Positions 21,345 through 31,725 of a DNA stretch of 64,000 nt are shown one piece after another. Both the position numbers and the translations under genes were made by a program. Numbering within the stretch: position 1 is the stretch's first letter; each line of letters starts with the position of its first letter. Location: assembly GCA_018268105.1 (NCBI GenBank), contig JAFDXG010000108.1, positions 6,619-70,618 of the forward strand. Direction: 5' to 3'. The notes under the pieces were generated by a model that worked only from the letters and a program-made list of their open reading frames with translations, did not search any database and was not told where the DNA came from. The stretch comes from Bacteroidota bacterium (GTDB lineage: Bacteria > Bacteroidota > Bacteroidia > Chitinophagales > Chitinophagaceae).

Positions 21345-22286
21345 CTATTTTGTCAGCAACGACTCACTGTAATAAGCGATTTCGGCAACAATTTTCCCCT
21401 TTTCATCGAAACTGCTGCTGAGGTGAACAGGTAACACAATTGCTTTTTTATCTTTTTTGCGTACAAGGTTAAATTTCCACCACGACAACACTTCACGGCC
21501 ATCATTCATTTCATATTCGAGGTAGTCGGGGTAGCCGATCACGTCTATGCTTTTAATTTCAAAATCATTCAGGAATTTTTGCAGAAAAGCTTTTTCTTCA
21601 GCTTTTGACAATGTTTTATCCCATTCACTATTGATATCATAAAATTTTGCATTGTCACTGTAAAAGCTCAGTGATTTATGAATGTCGCCTTTTTCCAGGG
21701 CGTAAGTGGCCTTGCGAATCGTATTGATATTCTCGTGGTGATTGTAAATTTTTCCGTTGGTCCTGTTGGAGTAGCTGGCAAATATTTCTTCAAATACTTT
21801 TCCGTTGCTGTAGTTAATGATCCTTTTTATTTTATTGTCTTTGGTAAGAAAGTAAATACGCTGGGCAGCGGCATCTAATTTTACGCCGGTGGCTTTATGT
21901 ACTCCTTTTATCATTAGCCAGTCCTGCACAACAGGTTCGCCGTCTTTGTTATCTTTTTTGTACACAAGAGCATCAGGATAGGATCCCGGAAACTGGTCAA
22001 TGGCAAAATAGTCCAGTTCCCTGCTGTAACGAAGGATATTATTCAAATAGGCAGTTTTATTTGTTCCCGAATCACTTATATTGCTCGTAGTGCCATTGTA
22101 AGATTTAAAGTCATCGGTAAGAAATCCCGCAATTCTTGCAGAATCACCGGCAACCGTAGACTTTTCAAATTCAGTTACCACCCCAATCGCCGGGTGCTCT
22201 ATAAAAATAGTCCCATTCTCTTTTTTCTGTCCAAAGGCCATAATTGCCAAAAACGCAAAAGCGAAAAGAAATACTGATTTTTTCAT
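21345..22286 (-). CDS. Hypothetical secreted protein, possibly with tandem SnoaL/NTF2-like domains
   Basis: 313 aa with a signal peptide (MKKSVFLFAFAFLAIMAFG). It ends 7 nt upstream of the AmpG-like gene on the same strand. I recognised no diagnostic motif. Confidence 0.5.
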   Translation of the reverse strand: MKKSVFLFAFAFLAIMAFGQKKENGTIFIEHPAIGVVTEFEKSTVAGDSARIAGFLTDDFKSYNGTTSNISDSGTNKTAYLNNILRYSRELDYFAIDQFPGSYPDALVYKKDNKDGEPVVQDWLMIKGVHKATGVKLDAAAQRIYFLTKDNKIKRIINYSNGKVFEEIFASYSNRTNGKIYNHHENINTIRKATYALEKGDIHKSLSFYSDNAKFYDINSEWDKTLSKAEEKAFLQKFLNDFEIKSIDVIGYPDYLEYEMNDGREVLSWWKFNLVRKKDKKAIVLPVHLSSSFDEKGKIVAEIAYYSESLLTK

Positions 22287-22614
22287 TGTAGAAGTTTTAA
22301 AAGTTTCGGTAAAAATGTGATGCAGGAAAGGTTCATAAAAACAGGGGTTGTTGAAATCATCTGCGAATGTGATTATAATATACCTGAAGGTGTGAGCATA
22401 GTAGACTGCAGGTGTTCAGTAAATATTGGTATCATAAAGTTCCGGGGTTAGCGGGCGTTCTGTTAGTATTTTTTCGTCATTCAATGCTACATTTTCGTCA
22501 TTTACCTGCATATTTTGTTCAGTAATGAGATAAATTGAGAAAGAGTGTCTTTGGGATCTCCAAAATTTCCTCTTATTTGTAAATAGATAGGTCCGAGTGT
22601 TTATCTTTATAACG

Positions 22615-25600
22615 ATGCCTAAACCCTGTAGTCTTTCCGCCCTTTATTTGATCATCTTTTCCATATATGGAAATATTATTTCAGCGCAAACTACTACCGG
22701 ATTTGAAACTATTTCTACCGAACAGGGTCTTTCTCAGGGGTTGATAAACGATATATTGCAGGATAAGGATGGGTTTATATGGATTGCGACCAAGGGCGGA
22801 CTGAACCGCTACGATGGTTACAGTTTTAAAATATTCACTACCGATCCTGAAGACACTGTTTCCATAAGTAGCAATGCTGTAAGTAATTTGCTGGAAGACA
22901 GTAAGGGCAGGCTTTGGGCTGGCACCTATGATGGCGGTGTGAATGTATATGATAAAAAGACCGGGCAGTTTTTGAGGATTGTACATAAGAAAAACGAAAA
23001 CACCAGTCTTTCCAGCAACCGGATAGATGCTGCAATGACGGAGCTGCCAGATGATCGCATATTGCTATACCCGCAGGGAGGCAGGCTTAGTATCATTTCG
23101 CTGCCCGATAGCGGAACCCCAGTAATATCCACAGTGAATGTGCCGGGAAACCTTCCTGTTTTGGGAATTGGAAAGGATGATAAAGGGTTTGTCTGGGTGG
23201 GGCTGTCTGATAATACCATTTATATTTTCAATCCTTCCACGCTTAGTTTCGAACTGGTTTATAATGGACATCAGTTTACCGGACTGATCGAAAGAACCGG
23301 TAAAATTTTGTCAGCAAAATTCAGTCAGACTTTTGGGTTTGGTGTACTTCCTGTTATCAGGACAACTTTAATAGATTCAACAGGCCGGTTACGAAAAAAA
23401 TTGCTTAGTAATATGCCCGTTGGCGGATTAGAATTTAATGATCGTTATCCATTCAAGCCTGGAATGTCTTTGGGTTGTAATATTTATGATTTGACCGGAG
23501 TAAAAAAAGGGGATAATATAAATAATGGTTATGCCTGCAATTTAAAAACGGACGTACCGGATCAGAATATTAAATGTCTGCTGCTTGACAGGTCGGGGGT
23601 GTTGTGGGTAGGAACAATGGGACATGGTATTTATAAATACCGTATCGGCAGCAATCGTTTCACTCCGTTATTAAATAATATGAGCCTGCAGCGGATTACA
23701 GCATGGCATAATGGTATGCTTTATGTGCAGGGCTGGAGGGCTTCTAAATTATTAACTCCTGACGGTGATGAACGCATTAACCCGGTTGCCTCCGTGGTAG
23801 CGACCGCCCCTGCTTATATCCAGGTGTTGCAAACCAGGGATAGCAGTTACTGGGTGTACTGGAATGTGTTAAAAAAGTTATACCGGTATTCGGCTGACCT
23901 GAAGCTCATAACTGCTTATAACGAACCGGCAAGTCCCCTGCCTACAGAACAATTGCAGCCGATGATAGAAGACAGTAAACACCATATCTGGATTTGCGGT
24001 GCAAATGGCACACTGGCAAAGATAGATCCTGTCACAGGCAGCATATCAAAGTTTATAATAGATATCAAACAATTAACTGGCACACAAGCACTAACTCAGA
24101 CCAATGCCTATTATGAAGATAACAAAGGCATCTTTTGGCTGGCAACCGAACATGGATTTGCAAGAGTAGCATTTGCAGATGACGGAACAATGCTACAGGT
24201 GAAATGGTTTAAAAATATACCGGGCAACAGCAATTCACTTAGTTATAATTATGTTTCCTGGTTTATGGATGACCCGGCCAATGCGGATTATTTATGGATA
24301 TGCACCAAGGGTGGCGGACTAAACCGGATGCAAAAATCAACCGGGAAGTTTATTCATTATACCACTAAGCAGGGACTGCCCAATGATGTGGTGTATGGCG
24401 TGCTAGCCGATAATGCCGGTAATATTTGGGGCAGTACCAATAAAGGATTATTCTGTATGCTCGCAGGTAAAAAAGAGGAAGAGCCGGAATTCAGATTATT
24501 CAGCAGGGATGATGGATTACAGGCTGATGAATTCAATACCAATGCATTTGCTAAACTAACAAACGGTAATCTCGCATTTGGCGGGGTAAACGGGTTGAAT
24601 ATTTTTAATCCGCAAAAAGTATTATCCTCCAACTTTACACCCAATATATTCATCACAAACATACAGATAGGGAATAAGAATATAACCCCTGGTGACAAAA
24701 CGGGCCTGCTAACGGAAACCATTGAACAAACGGCTTCAATCACACTGACCCATTTGCAGGATGTAGTAACCCTTGAATTTTCATCGCTCGATTTTTCAGC
24801 CCCGTTACGTAATAAGTATCGTTACCAGTTGTCTGGTATAGACAATGACTGGATAGAAAGCGGCACACGCAGAACAGCTACCTATCTTCATTTGCCTGCA
24901 GGTAATTATGTTTTTAAAGTACAGGGAAGCAACAGCCAGGGCATCTGGAGCAATAAAATAGCAGAACTGAAAATAAAAGTGCTACCACCCTGGTGGAAAG
25001 CCTGGTGGGCATATATGCTATATGTTTTGTTGATTGCATTAGCTATACGTGCTTACCTGAGGTTTAATGTGAATAAGGCAAAACTGCAATCACAGTTAAG
25101 CTATGAACAATTGGAGGCTAAAAGAGCAAAAGAATTAGATACCATAAAAACACAGTTGTATACCAATATAACCCACGAATTTCGCACACCTCTTACCGTT
25201 ATATTAGGTATGGCCCGGCAAGTTGTTGAGAAGCCGGCAGAGCAATTCAATACCCGGATGGAAATGATCATGCGCAGCGGCCACAATTTATTGGGCCTGG
25301 TAAATCAACTGCTGGATCTCTCCAAACTGGAAACAGGTAAAATGCAGTTGCAGTTATCGCAGGGTGATGTGATACGTTTTCTGCGTTATATAGTTGAATC
25401 CTTCCATTCACTGGCTGAAAGTCAGCAGAAGCAGTTACATTTTTTAACGGATATTGACATTTTGTACCTGGAATTTGACAGTGAGAAATTAAGGCAAATC
25501 ATATCCAACCTGCTATCCAATGCTATCAGGCTTACTCCGGAAAAAGGGAATATTTATATCAGTGTATTGCAAAACGATGTACAAGATAATGACGACCATC

Positions 25601-26745
25601 CCATATTGACTATTAGAGTAAAAGATACCGGTATAGGTATACCCGAAGATCAATTGCAATTTATTTTCGACAGGTTTTATCAATTAGACAATAGTCATAC
25701 CCGCAAAACAGAAGGTACAGGCATTGGTCTGGCTCTTACTAAAGAACTGGTTAAACTGATGGATGGGAAGATAGAGGTAAAAAGCCCGCCCGCAGGTGCT
25801 TTTAAGGGTAGCGAGTTTATAGTATCGCTTCCCCTGAAGAAAGTTGCTACGACAGAAGAACTGGCTCCAGGGGATTTGAAAAATCAGACAACTCATCTAT
25901 CCTCAATACTACCTGTACTCAATGTACCTGTTACAGATAGTGAAGATAAAAATATAAATACTCCATTGATTTTGCTGGTGGAGGATAATGCTGATGTAGT
26001 TGCCTATACGGCATCCTGTCTTACTGACTATCGGCTGACCGTTGGCAAAGACGGAAGAGAAGGCTTTGATATTGCCACAGACATTATCCCCGATCTTATC
26101 ATAACTGATGTAATGATGCCTTATGTGGATGGCTTTGAACTGGTGAACAAATTGCGCAATAATGAAAACACCAGTCATATCCCTGTGATTATACTCACTG
26201 CAAAAGCCGATGCAGCAAGCAAAATAGCAGGCTTAGAGGAGGGCGCCGATGCCTACCTGGAGAAGCCGTTTAACAGGGAAGAGTTGCTTGTGAGAATAAA
26301 GAAACTACTGGAGATGCGTAAGAACCTGCAACAATATTATCTTAAGAAGGCGGGTATATATGAAGTTACGCATACGGAATCGGTAAGTGTTGCTGATAAA
26401 ATAAGTGATCATGCTATAGAAGATAGTTTTGTGAAGAAGATAAGAGAAGCAGTTGAGCAAAATTTGACAGATACCAATTTTACGGTGGAACAATTGTGTA
26501 AACAGATTTTCATGAGTCATTCGCAACTGCATCGCAAGCTGGAAGCCCTGACCGGGTATTCCCCCAACAAATTCATCAGGATGATCCGTCTCAAAAGAGC
26601 AAAGGAATTATTACAGGATCCTGCAAACAGTATTGCATCTATTGCACTGGATTGCGGCTACAATGATCCGGGATATTTTGCAAGAGTGTTTAAGCAGGAG
26701 TATGGTGTAACACCCCAGGAATGGAGGGCGACGAACAGGCAATAA
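22615..26745 (+). CDS. Hybrid two-component system sensor kinase / response regulator with an AraC-type DNA-binding output
   Basis: It has periplasmic beta-propeller repeats and a Y_Y_Y region, one TM helix, an H-box (HEFRTPL), an ATPase domain (DTGIGI, GTGIGL), a receiver domain (LIITDVMMP) and a C-terminal AraC HTH. The ATG at 22615 is preferred over the GTG at 22597. Confidence 0.9.
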   Translation: MPKPCSLSALYLIIFSIYGNIISAQTTTGFETISTEQGLSQGLINDILQDKDGFIWIATKGGLNRYDGYSFKIFTTDPEDTVSISSNAVSNLLEDSKGRLWAGTYDGGVNVYDKKTGQFLRIVHKKNENTSLSSNRIDAAMTELPDDRILLYPQGGRLSIISLPDSGTPVISTVNVPGNLPVLGIGKDDKGFVWVGLSDNTIYIFNPSTLSFELVYNGHQFTGLIERTGKILSAKFSQTFGFGVLPVIRTTLIDSTGRLRKKLLSNMPVGGLEFNDRYPFKPGMSLGCNIYDLTGVKKGDNINNGYACNLKTDVPDQNIKCLLLDRSGVLWVGTMGHGIYKYRIGSNRFTPLLNNMSLQRITAWHNGMLYVQGWRASKLLTPDGDERINPVASVVATAPAYIQVLQTRDSSYWVYWNVLKKLYRYSADLKLITAYNEPASPLPTEQLQPMIEDSKHHIWICGANGTLAKIDPVTGSISKFIIDIKQLTGTQALTQTNAYYEDNKGIFWLATEHGFARVAFADDGTMLQVKWFKNIPGNSNSLSYNYVSWFMDDPANADYLWICTKGGGLNRMQKSTGKFIHYTTKQGLPNDVVYGVLADNAGNIWGSTNKGLFCMLAGKKEEEPEFRLFSRDDGLQADEFNTNAFAKLTNGNLAFGGVNGLNIFNPQKVLSSNFTPNIFITNIQIGNKNITPGDKTGLLTETIEQTASITLTHLQDVVTLEFSSLDFSAPLRNKYRYQLSGIDNDWIESGTRRTATYLHLPAGNYVFKVQGSNSQGIWSNKIAELKIKVLPPWWKAWWAYMLYVLLIALAIRAYLRFNVNKAKLQSQLSYEQLEAKRAKELDTIKTQLYTNITHEFRTPLTVILGMARQVVEKPAEQFNTRMEMIMRSGHNLLGLVNQLLDLSKLETGKMQLQLSQGDVIRFLRYIVESFHSLAESQQKQLHFLTDIDILYLEFDSEKLRQIISNLLSNAIRLTPEKGNIYISVLQNDVQDNDDHPILTIRVKDTGIGIPEDQLQFIFDRFYQLDNSHTRKTEGTGIGLALTKELVKLMDGKIEVKSPPAGAFKGSEFIVSLPLKKVATTEELAPGDLKNQTTHLSSILPVLNVPVTDSEDKNINTPLILLVEDNADVVAYTASCLTDYRLTVGKDGREGFDIATDIIPDLIITDVMMPYVDGFELVNKLRNNENTSHIPVIILTAKADAASKIAGLEEGADAYLEKPFNREELLVRIKKLLEMRKNLQQYYLKKAGIYEVTHTESVSVADKISDHAIEDSFVKKIREAVEQNLTDTNFTVEQLCKQIFMSHSQLHRKLEALTGYSPNKFIRMIRLKRAKELLQDPANSIASIALDCGYNDPGYFARVFKQEYGVTPQEWRATNRQ

Positions 26746-26814
26746 TCAACCTATAGTTACCTTTGTATACAAACCTGCTATCTGTGAATTTTTAATAGGT
26801 TTAAATTAGTGGTT

Positions 26815-27063
26815 ATGGATACACGTATCACGCTTAACAGCAAAGCAAGTTTTATTAAGGTCTTGAAAGACTTATATACCGCTCATACCAAAGCATCTAT
26901 TCTGTATGACATAGAAGGATTGACCCGTTATGAAGGGATGATTTTGGGAGTAAACGAAAGCGCCGGGCAATCGTCTTTGCAATTAGATGCGGGGTTGGAA
27001 ATTCCTTTGTCATCAGTTGTTGCTGTGAATGGGGTCTTTACTTCTGATTTCTGTGAGTGTTAG
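26815..27063 (+). CDS. Hypothetical small protein (82 aa)
   Basis: The ORF has an ATG at 26815 and lies 70 nt downstream of the hybrid kinase. The C-terminal LEIPLSSVVAVNG segment loosely resembles Rof-like small beta proteins, but I could not confirm this. Confidence 0.35.
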   Translation: MDTRITLNSKASFIKVLKDLYTAHTKASILYDIEGLTRYEGMILGVNESAGQSSLQLDAGLEIPLSSVVAVNGVFTSDFCEC

Positions 27064-27087
27064 AAAACTTTTTATCTATTGTAAGCT

Positions 27088-27828
27088 TTACTTCATTCTC
27101 GACCAAACCTCATATATCTGGTCGCCTTTGGAGCTAAGCCCGGTGTGTATCCAGTTTCCATCTTTTAATGAATCACTAAAGCTCAGCGACATGCCCACAC
27201 GGGAAGCATCCCTTGAAAAAAAATCAATGTATTCAGTATATTTTCCGTTTTCAAAACTGTATCTGCCGCCTCCCGTACCCGAAAACTCACCGGTTTCAAT
27301 ATTAATTGCGGCCCATTGAAAATGACTACCGGTTAAAAGTTTTAATGTGCGGCGGGCCCGCAGTGGAAGCTCCACCATCTTATCATCCTGTTTACGATGC
27401 GTAATACGCCAGTTGCCTGCAAGCAGATTTTTGCCGTCATCCGCTCTTTTCCATTCCTGGCGACTGCCGGTTAGATTGGTAATTAGATTTTGGCCGCTCA
27501 CCTGGTAGGCAAACCGGTTTGTTTTTCCTACGTTAGATTTGTTATTGCTGTCAAATTCTGTTTTTAATACAATCTCTTTATCCGTAACTTTAAATGAACC
27601 GCCCCAGGATCCGTCAAATTTTTTGTCCATAATACTGTAGGTAGAAATCATGCAATATCCATCTGCAATCAGCAACAGTTGCTGTTGGTTGGCTGCATCA
27701 ATTTTCCAGGCTCCGTTTAGTGGCAACAGGGAGTGATCTGCCTGCGGAATAGTATGCATTGAAAGAAGCGGAATAAGTAAGGCGGCAATTGCCGATAGGG
27801 TACACTGCCTGATTGTTGAATAAGTCAT
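27088..27828 (-). CDS. Hypothetical secreted protein with two lipocalin-like repeats
   Basis: A signal-like N-terminus begins at ATG 27828. Two halves are internally similar, one beginning LNGAWKI and the other LAGNWRI. Confidence 0.45.
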   Translation of the reverse strand: MTYSTIRQCTLSAIAALLIPLLSMHTIPQADHSLLPLNGAWKIDAANQQQLLLIADGYCMISTYSIMDKKFDGSWGGSFKVTDKEIVLKTEFDSNNKSNVGKTNRFAYQVSGQNLITNLTGSRQEWKRADDGKNLLAGNWRITHRKQDDKMVELPLRARRTLKLLTGSHFQWAAINIETGEFSGTGGGRYSFENGKYTEYIDFFSRDASRVGMSLSFSDSLKDGNWIHTGLSSKGDQIYEVWSRMK

Positions 27829-27988
27829 AAGGAGGTTTTTTGTGAAAGAATAATCGGTAAACAGCGCTATTGTAAAGATAAGAATTGAAATCCTTCTTAC
27901 GAATATCAAATAGGGTTCATTGCATCCTTCAGTTCACAATTTGGAATTTATATAAAAAAATCTAAATTGCCTCATTATAATACATTAT

Positions 27989-28759
27989 ATGAGAACACTG
28001 CTAATCCTCGTGCTAATCTTATCTGTAATCAATCTCCAGGCCCAAAAGGGGAAAAGAAACAGTGTATCCCTGTATGTTTTAGATAAAAACTGGAAGGGCT
28101 GCCGGCCCGAAGATGCAAAATATCTGACTTGCATGCAAAAGCTGAGCGATACAGCTTATGAACGGAGTTTTTATCATTATGAGGGCCCTTTGATGACCAT
28201 CGAAACTTATAAGGATAAAGACGCTACTATTCCTCACGGGGAATTTATTTATTATGGCTCAGACGGAAAGATAAACTCTCTCGGTAATGCATACAATGGC
28301 AAGAAAGAGGGCTGGTGGTACTTTTATACTGATTCATTCACTCTGTGGAAGAAAGAGAAATACGAAATGGGTAAGCTGGTGACTATTATGGATCTTGCAG
28401 CTATAAAAGCGAAAAATGAACAAGATAAAAAGAATATGAAACCAGAGCAAAAAGAGGGGGAAGACGAAGCAACTTTTAGAGGTGGGGATGATGACTGGAT
28501 TAAGTATATTCAAAAAAACATCAATTACCCCGACCGGGCGAGAAAGCTGGATAAAGAGGGGAGTATGTTGCTTCAGTTTGTAGTAAATACAGATGGTACT
28601 ACAGGTGATATACGGATATTGAGATCTATTGAATATTCCCTTGATGAAGAAGCTATACGATTGATAAGCGAATCACCAAAATGGAGACCTGCCCACCAGG
28701 ATGGGAAATTAGTTAAGGCATACCGAAAACAACCATTGAACTTTCAGTTACCCAGGTAA
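27989..28759 (+). CDS. TonB C-terminal domain protein with N-terminal MORN/YwqK-like repeats
   Basis: It has a signal peptide, a GKKEGWWYFY repeat, a charged linker and the TonB_C pattern (FRGGDDDW..YIQKNINYPDRARKLDKEGSMLLQFVVNTDGT). Confidence 0.7.
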   Translation: MRTLLILVLILSVINLQAQKGKRNSVSLYVLDKNWKGCRPEDAKYLTCMQKLSDTAYERSFYHYEGPLMTIETYKDKDATIPHGEFIYYGSDGKINSLGNAYNGKKEGWWYFYTDSFTLWKKEKYEMGKLVTIMDLAAIKAKNEQDKKNMKPEQKEGEDEATFRGGDDDWIKYIQKNINYPDRARKLDKEGSMLLQFVVNTDGTTGDIRILRSIEYSLDEEAIRLISESPKWRPAHQDGKLVKAYRKQPLNFQLPR

Positions 28760-28762
28760 ATG

Positions 28763-29524
28763 CTAATCAACAACTGTGGTGTCAATTAAGTTGATGGTTC
28801 TTGATATATCATCGTATTCAGTGGCATGAATTGCTTTTGTCAGCATCTCAGCCAGGAATCCCGGAGATTGAATACCCTGAGCCAGTTTATATACTACCTC
28901 ATCCATTTGCTGAATATAAAAATCCTGCTGCTCTTTATCCATTGCCGATAACAGCAATGCATTGCTCCATGAGGTCTCTCTTGCTTTGTCAATACTGAAA
29001 TTTAAAACCGCTTTTTCACTGCCATTCACAATTTTACCTAGCAGCCGCAATGGCAGCCATACCTGGCTCAAAGCTTCCTGTACACCATCAATCTGAGATG
29101 CAATTACTGCATTGATCCTGTTGAAATCTGAAGATAATCCGTTAATAGCATCGCCGGGCGCTACACTTGCAGATGCAATTGCAAGGTCAAGGTTGATATG
29201 CGTATTTACTCCAAGAAGTAAATGTTGAATAACAATAAGATCATTTTCTTTGCTGCAGTCGAATGTAAATTTCCAGGATTTGCTGCAGGGGTTGCCGGAG
29301 TTATACGCATCAAATGCATCAAGATAGCGTTGTGCAAATACTACATCAAGCCTGTCCATACGGTTTTCATCTTCAAAGGTGTGCTGCAGGATACTGTCTT
29401 TTACTGCTATCGTCATTCTTTTATACAGGGCAGCAAAATAACCCATCCTGTTCTGCGATGAGCGGCATTGCTGCACAATTTCGTCTAATCTTGTTATAAC
29501 ATCAGCGATTTGGGACACAGTCAT
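28763..29524 (-). CDS. DUF5995-like protein
   Basis: The pattern IADVITRLDEI...GYFAALYKRMT...RLDVVFAQRYLDA matches my recollection of DUF5995. The start is taken at ATG 29524. Confidence 0.5.
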   Translation of the reverse strand: MTVSQIADVITRLDEIVQQCRSSQNRMGYFAALYKRMTIAVKDSILQHTFEDENRMDRLDVVFAQRYLDAFDAYNSGNPCSKSWKFTFDCSKENDLIVIQHLLLGVNTHINLDLAIASASVAPGDAINGLSSDFNRINAVIASQIDGVQEALSQVWLPLRLLGKIVNGSEKAVLNFSIDKARETSWSNALLLSAMDKEQQDFYIQQMDEVVYKLAQGIQSPGFLAEMLTKAIHATEYDDISRTINLIDTTVVD

Positions 29525-29617
29525 TGTTATATAAATTATAGAAACAAAAGGTAGTAAAATTTTAAATTTTTTCATTCCTTTTCTCTCTATCTTCATTAAT
29601 AGTTAACTGAGTTCTGA

Positions 29618-30784
29618 ATGCTGTCTCCCCTTACTCAAATTCCTGCTATACGTGCAGCCCGAATTGCGACGAGCACTTTATTTTTTTGTGCGGGCTTTTG
29701 CTTCGCCAGTTGGGCCTCCAGGATACCGCAGATACAGGCAAAGCTTGGTTTGAATGAAGCTGAGTTGGGTGGTGTATTGTTAGCACTTCCTGTAGGACTA
29801 ATAATTGGTTTGCCGGTTTCCGGTTTCCTTGTAGCGAAATACGGGAGCAGGAGAATAGCTATATTGGCTGTATTATTATATGCAATCACACTTCCTTTAC
29901 TGGGTTTGATTACTAGTCCCTGGCAGTTGATAGTAGTATTATTTTTTTTTGGATTTGGCGGCAACCTGCTCAATATCTCAATGAATACCCAGGGCGCCGG
30001 GGTAGAAGATGCTTATCAACGGTCTATTATGGCATCCTTTCATGGTGTGTGGAGCCTTGCCGGTTTTACAGGAGCTGCTGTTGGCACCTTAATGGTGAGG
30101 TTTATTATTTCTCCTTTTTTACACTTTTGTTTGATTACAGTTACTATTTATTTTCTTGTTTGGGTAATATACCGTTTTTTGCTTGTAAAAGATATTCATT
30201 CCGGAGGCGATGCACCCGTTTTTGCCAAACCCGATGGTGATTTGCTGAAGCTGGGCCTGATTGCATTTTGTTGTATGGTATGTGAAGGAACTATGTTTGA
30301 CTGGAGTGGGATTTACTTTGCTAAAGAAGTGAAAGCTCCCGGGGAATATATCACATTTGGTTTTGCGGCATTTATGACTACAATGGCTGGGGGAAGATTT
30401 ATCGGTGACTGGTTAGCGACAAAATTAGGTAAAAGAAATATGATCAGGATGAGTGGAATATTAATTGCGTCTGGTTTGATGATTGCGGTAATATTCCCTT
30501 ATATGTTTACTGCAATTGCGGGGTTTTTGCTAACCGGCATGGGGGTATCGTCAGTAGTTCCTCTGGTTTATGGCGCTGCCGCCAAATCAGGTAAGGTGGC
30601 TTCGGGAGTAGCGCTGGCTGCTGTATCTACTGTAGGTTACCTGGGTTTTCTGTTTGGACCACCGGTAATTGGATTTATTGCACAGATATTCAGCTTAAGA
30701 TGGTCATTTACCCTGATAGCAATACTCGGGTTTTGCACTACTTTACTTGCAGGATATGTAAACGTAGAAGATAAAAAAAATTGA
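29618..30784 (+). CDS. MFS transporter
   Basis: 388 aa with about 12 predicted hydrophobic helices in a typical MFS layout. Confidence 0.8.
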   Translation: MLSPLTQIPAIRAARIATSTLFFCAGFCFASWASRIPQIQAKLGLNEAELGGVLLALPVGLIIGLPVSGFLVAKYGSRRIAILAVLLYAITLPLLGLITSPWQLIVVLFFFGFGGNLLNISMNTQGAGVEDAYQRSIMASFHGVWSLAGFTGAAVGTLMVRFIISPFLHFCLITVTIYFLVWVIYRFLLVKDIHSGGDAPVFAKPDGDLLKLGLIAFCCMVCEGTMFDWSGIYFAKEVKAPGEYITFGFAAFMTTMAGGRFIGDWLATKLGKRNMIRMSGILIASGLMIAVIFPYMFTAIAGFLLTGMGVSSVVPLVYGAAAKSGKVASGVALAAVSTVGYLGFLFGPPVIGFIAQIFSLRWSFTLIAILGFCTTLLAGYVNVEDKKN

Positions 30785-30818
30785 GAGGGATACTCTTTTC
30801 ATTCTCGTTTCATTATTC

Positions 30819-31505
30819 TCAAATAGTCCTGCCTGTTTTTTCCTGTTCAATCCTACTGATAACCTGCTCCATTGTCATGGAATCTTCGATACCGAATTCC
30901 CCGATGCGGGTACGACACAAATTGCTCAGGTAGGCACCGCATCCCAGATAAGCGCCAAAATCATTTGCAAGACTTCTGATATAAGTACCCGTACTGCAGG
31001 TGACTTTGAAATGTACAACAGGCATTGCAATAGCAGTAACAAGAAATTCTTTGATAATAACCTTGCGGGGCTCAAGCGCTACATCTACTCCTTTTCTGGC
31101 GAGGAGATACACAGGTTTACCGTCTTTTTTGATAGCGGAATGTATTGGTGGAACCTGTAATATTTCTCCGCAAAAATGATGGGAAGCAGTTATAATGGCC
31201 GATTCGGAAATACCGGTTATCGGCTTAAAATTTTCAGGATTGCTTTCAAGATCGTAGGTAGGTGTGATGGCACCAAGTGTAAAAGTGCCGGTGTATTCTT
31301 TTTCTTTCGACATGTATTCATTAATCCTTTTAGTAAACTTACCGGTACAGACAATCAATAAGCCTGTAGCCAGCGGATCTAAAGTTCCTGCATGACCTAC
31401 TTTTTTTATTTTAATGGTATTCCTGACTTTTCTTACCACATCAAAAGATGTCCAACCCAGTGGTTTATTAATCAGAAATACTTTCCCTTCTTCAAATACA
31501 TTCAT
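30819..31505 (-). CDS. truB: tRNA pseudouridine(55) synthase
   Basis: 228 aa carrying the catalytic motif GHAGTLDPLATG. Confidence 0.93.
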   Translation of the reverse strand: MNVFEEGKVFLINKPLGWTSFDVVRKVRNTIKIKKVGHAGTLDPLATGLLIVCTGKFTKRINEYMSKEKEYTGTFTLGAITPTYDLESNPENFKPITGISESAIITASHHFCGEILQVPPIHSAIKKDGKPVYLLARKGVDVALEPRKVIIKEFLVTAIAMPVVHFKVTCSTGTYIRSLANDFGAYLGCGAYLSNLCRTRIGEFGIEDSMTMEQVISRIEQEKTGRTI

Positions 31506-31725
31506 GATTGTGTAATAAGGTTTGTACAGTGAATGAAATTTGCAAATGTAATAATAGTGGTGGAGAGAGGTGGAAAATGTGAATAGTTAATGAGACAGGT
31601 TTCTGGTTTCTCGTTTACCGTTTTTCGTTTGTGGTTTTTCTTTTACATTCAGTTGTATGTTTAGTATAAATATGAACCGGCAATATTAGCATATGGTGAA
31701 AACAACAAACCCCAAACTCACAACC

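Noticed and set aside
22615-26745. The hybrid two-component regulator could mark a polysaccharide utilisation locus.
   Set aside because: No SusC/SusD pair or glycoside hydrolase genes lie on either side within the window.
26815-27063. The small protein could be assigned as a Rof-type Rho-binding antiterminator.
   Set aside because: Only a loose C-terminal resemblance is visible. The N-terminal Cys/Tyr-Asp pattern I associate with Rof is absent. I kept it as hypothetical.
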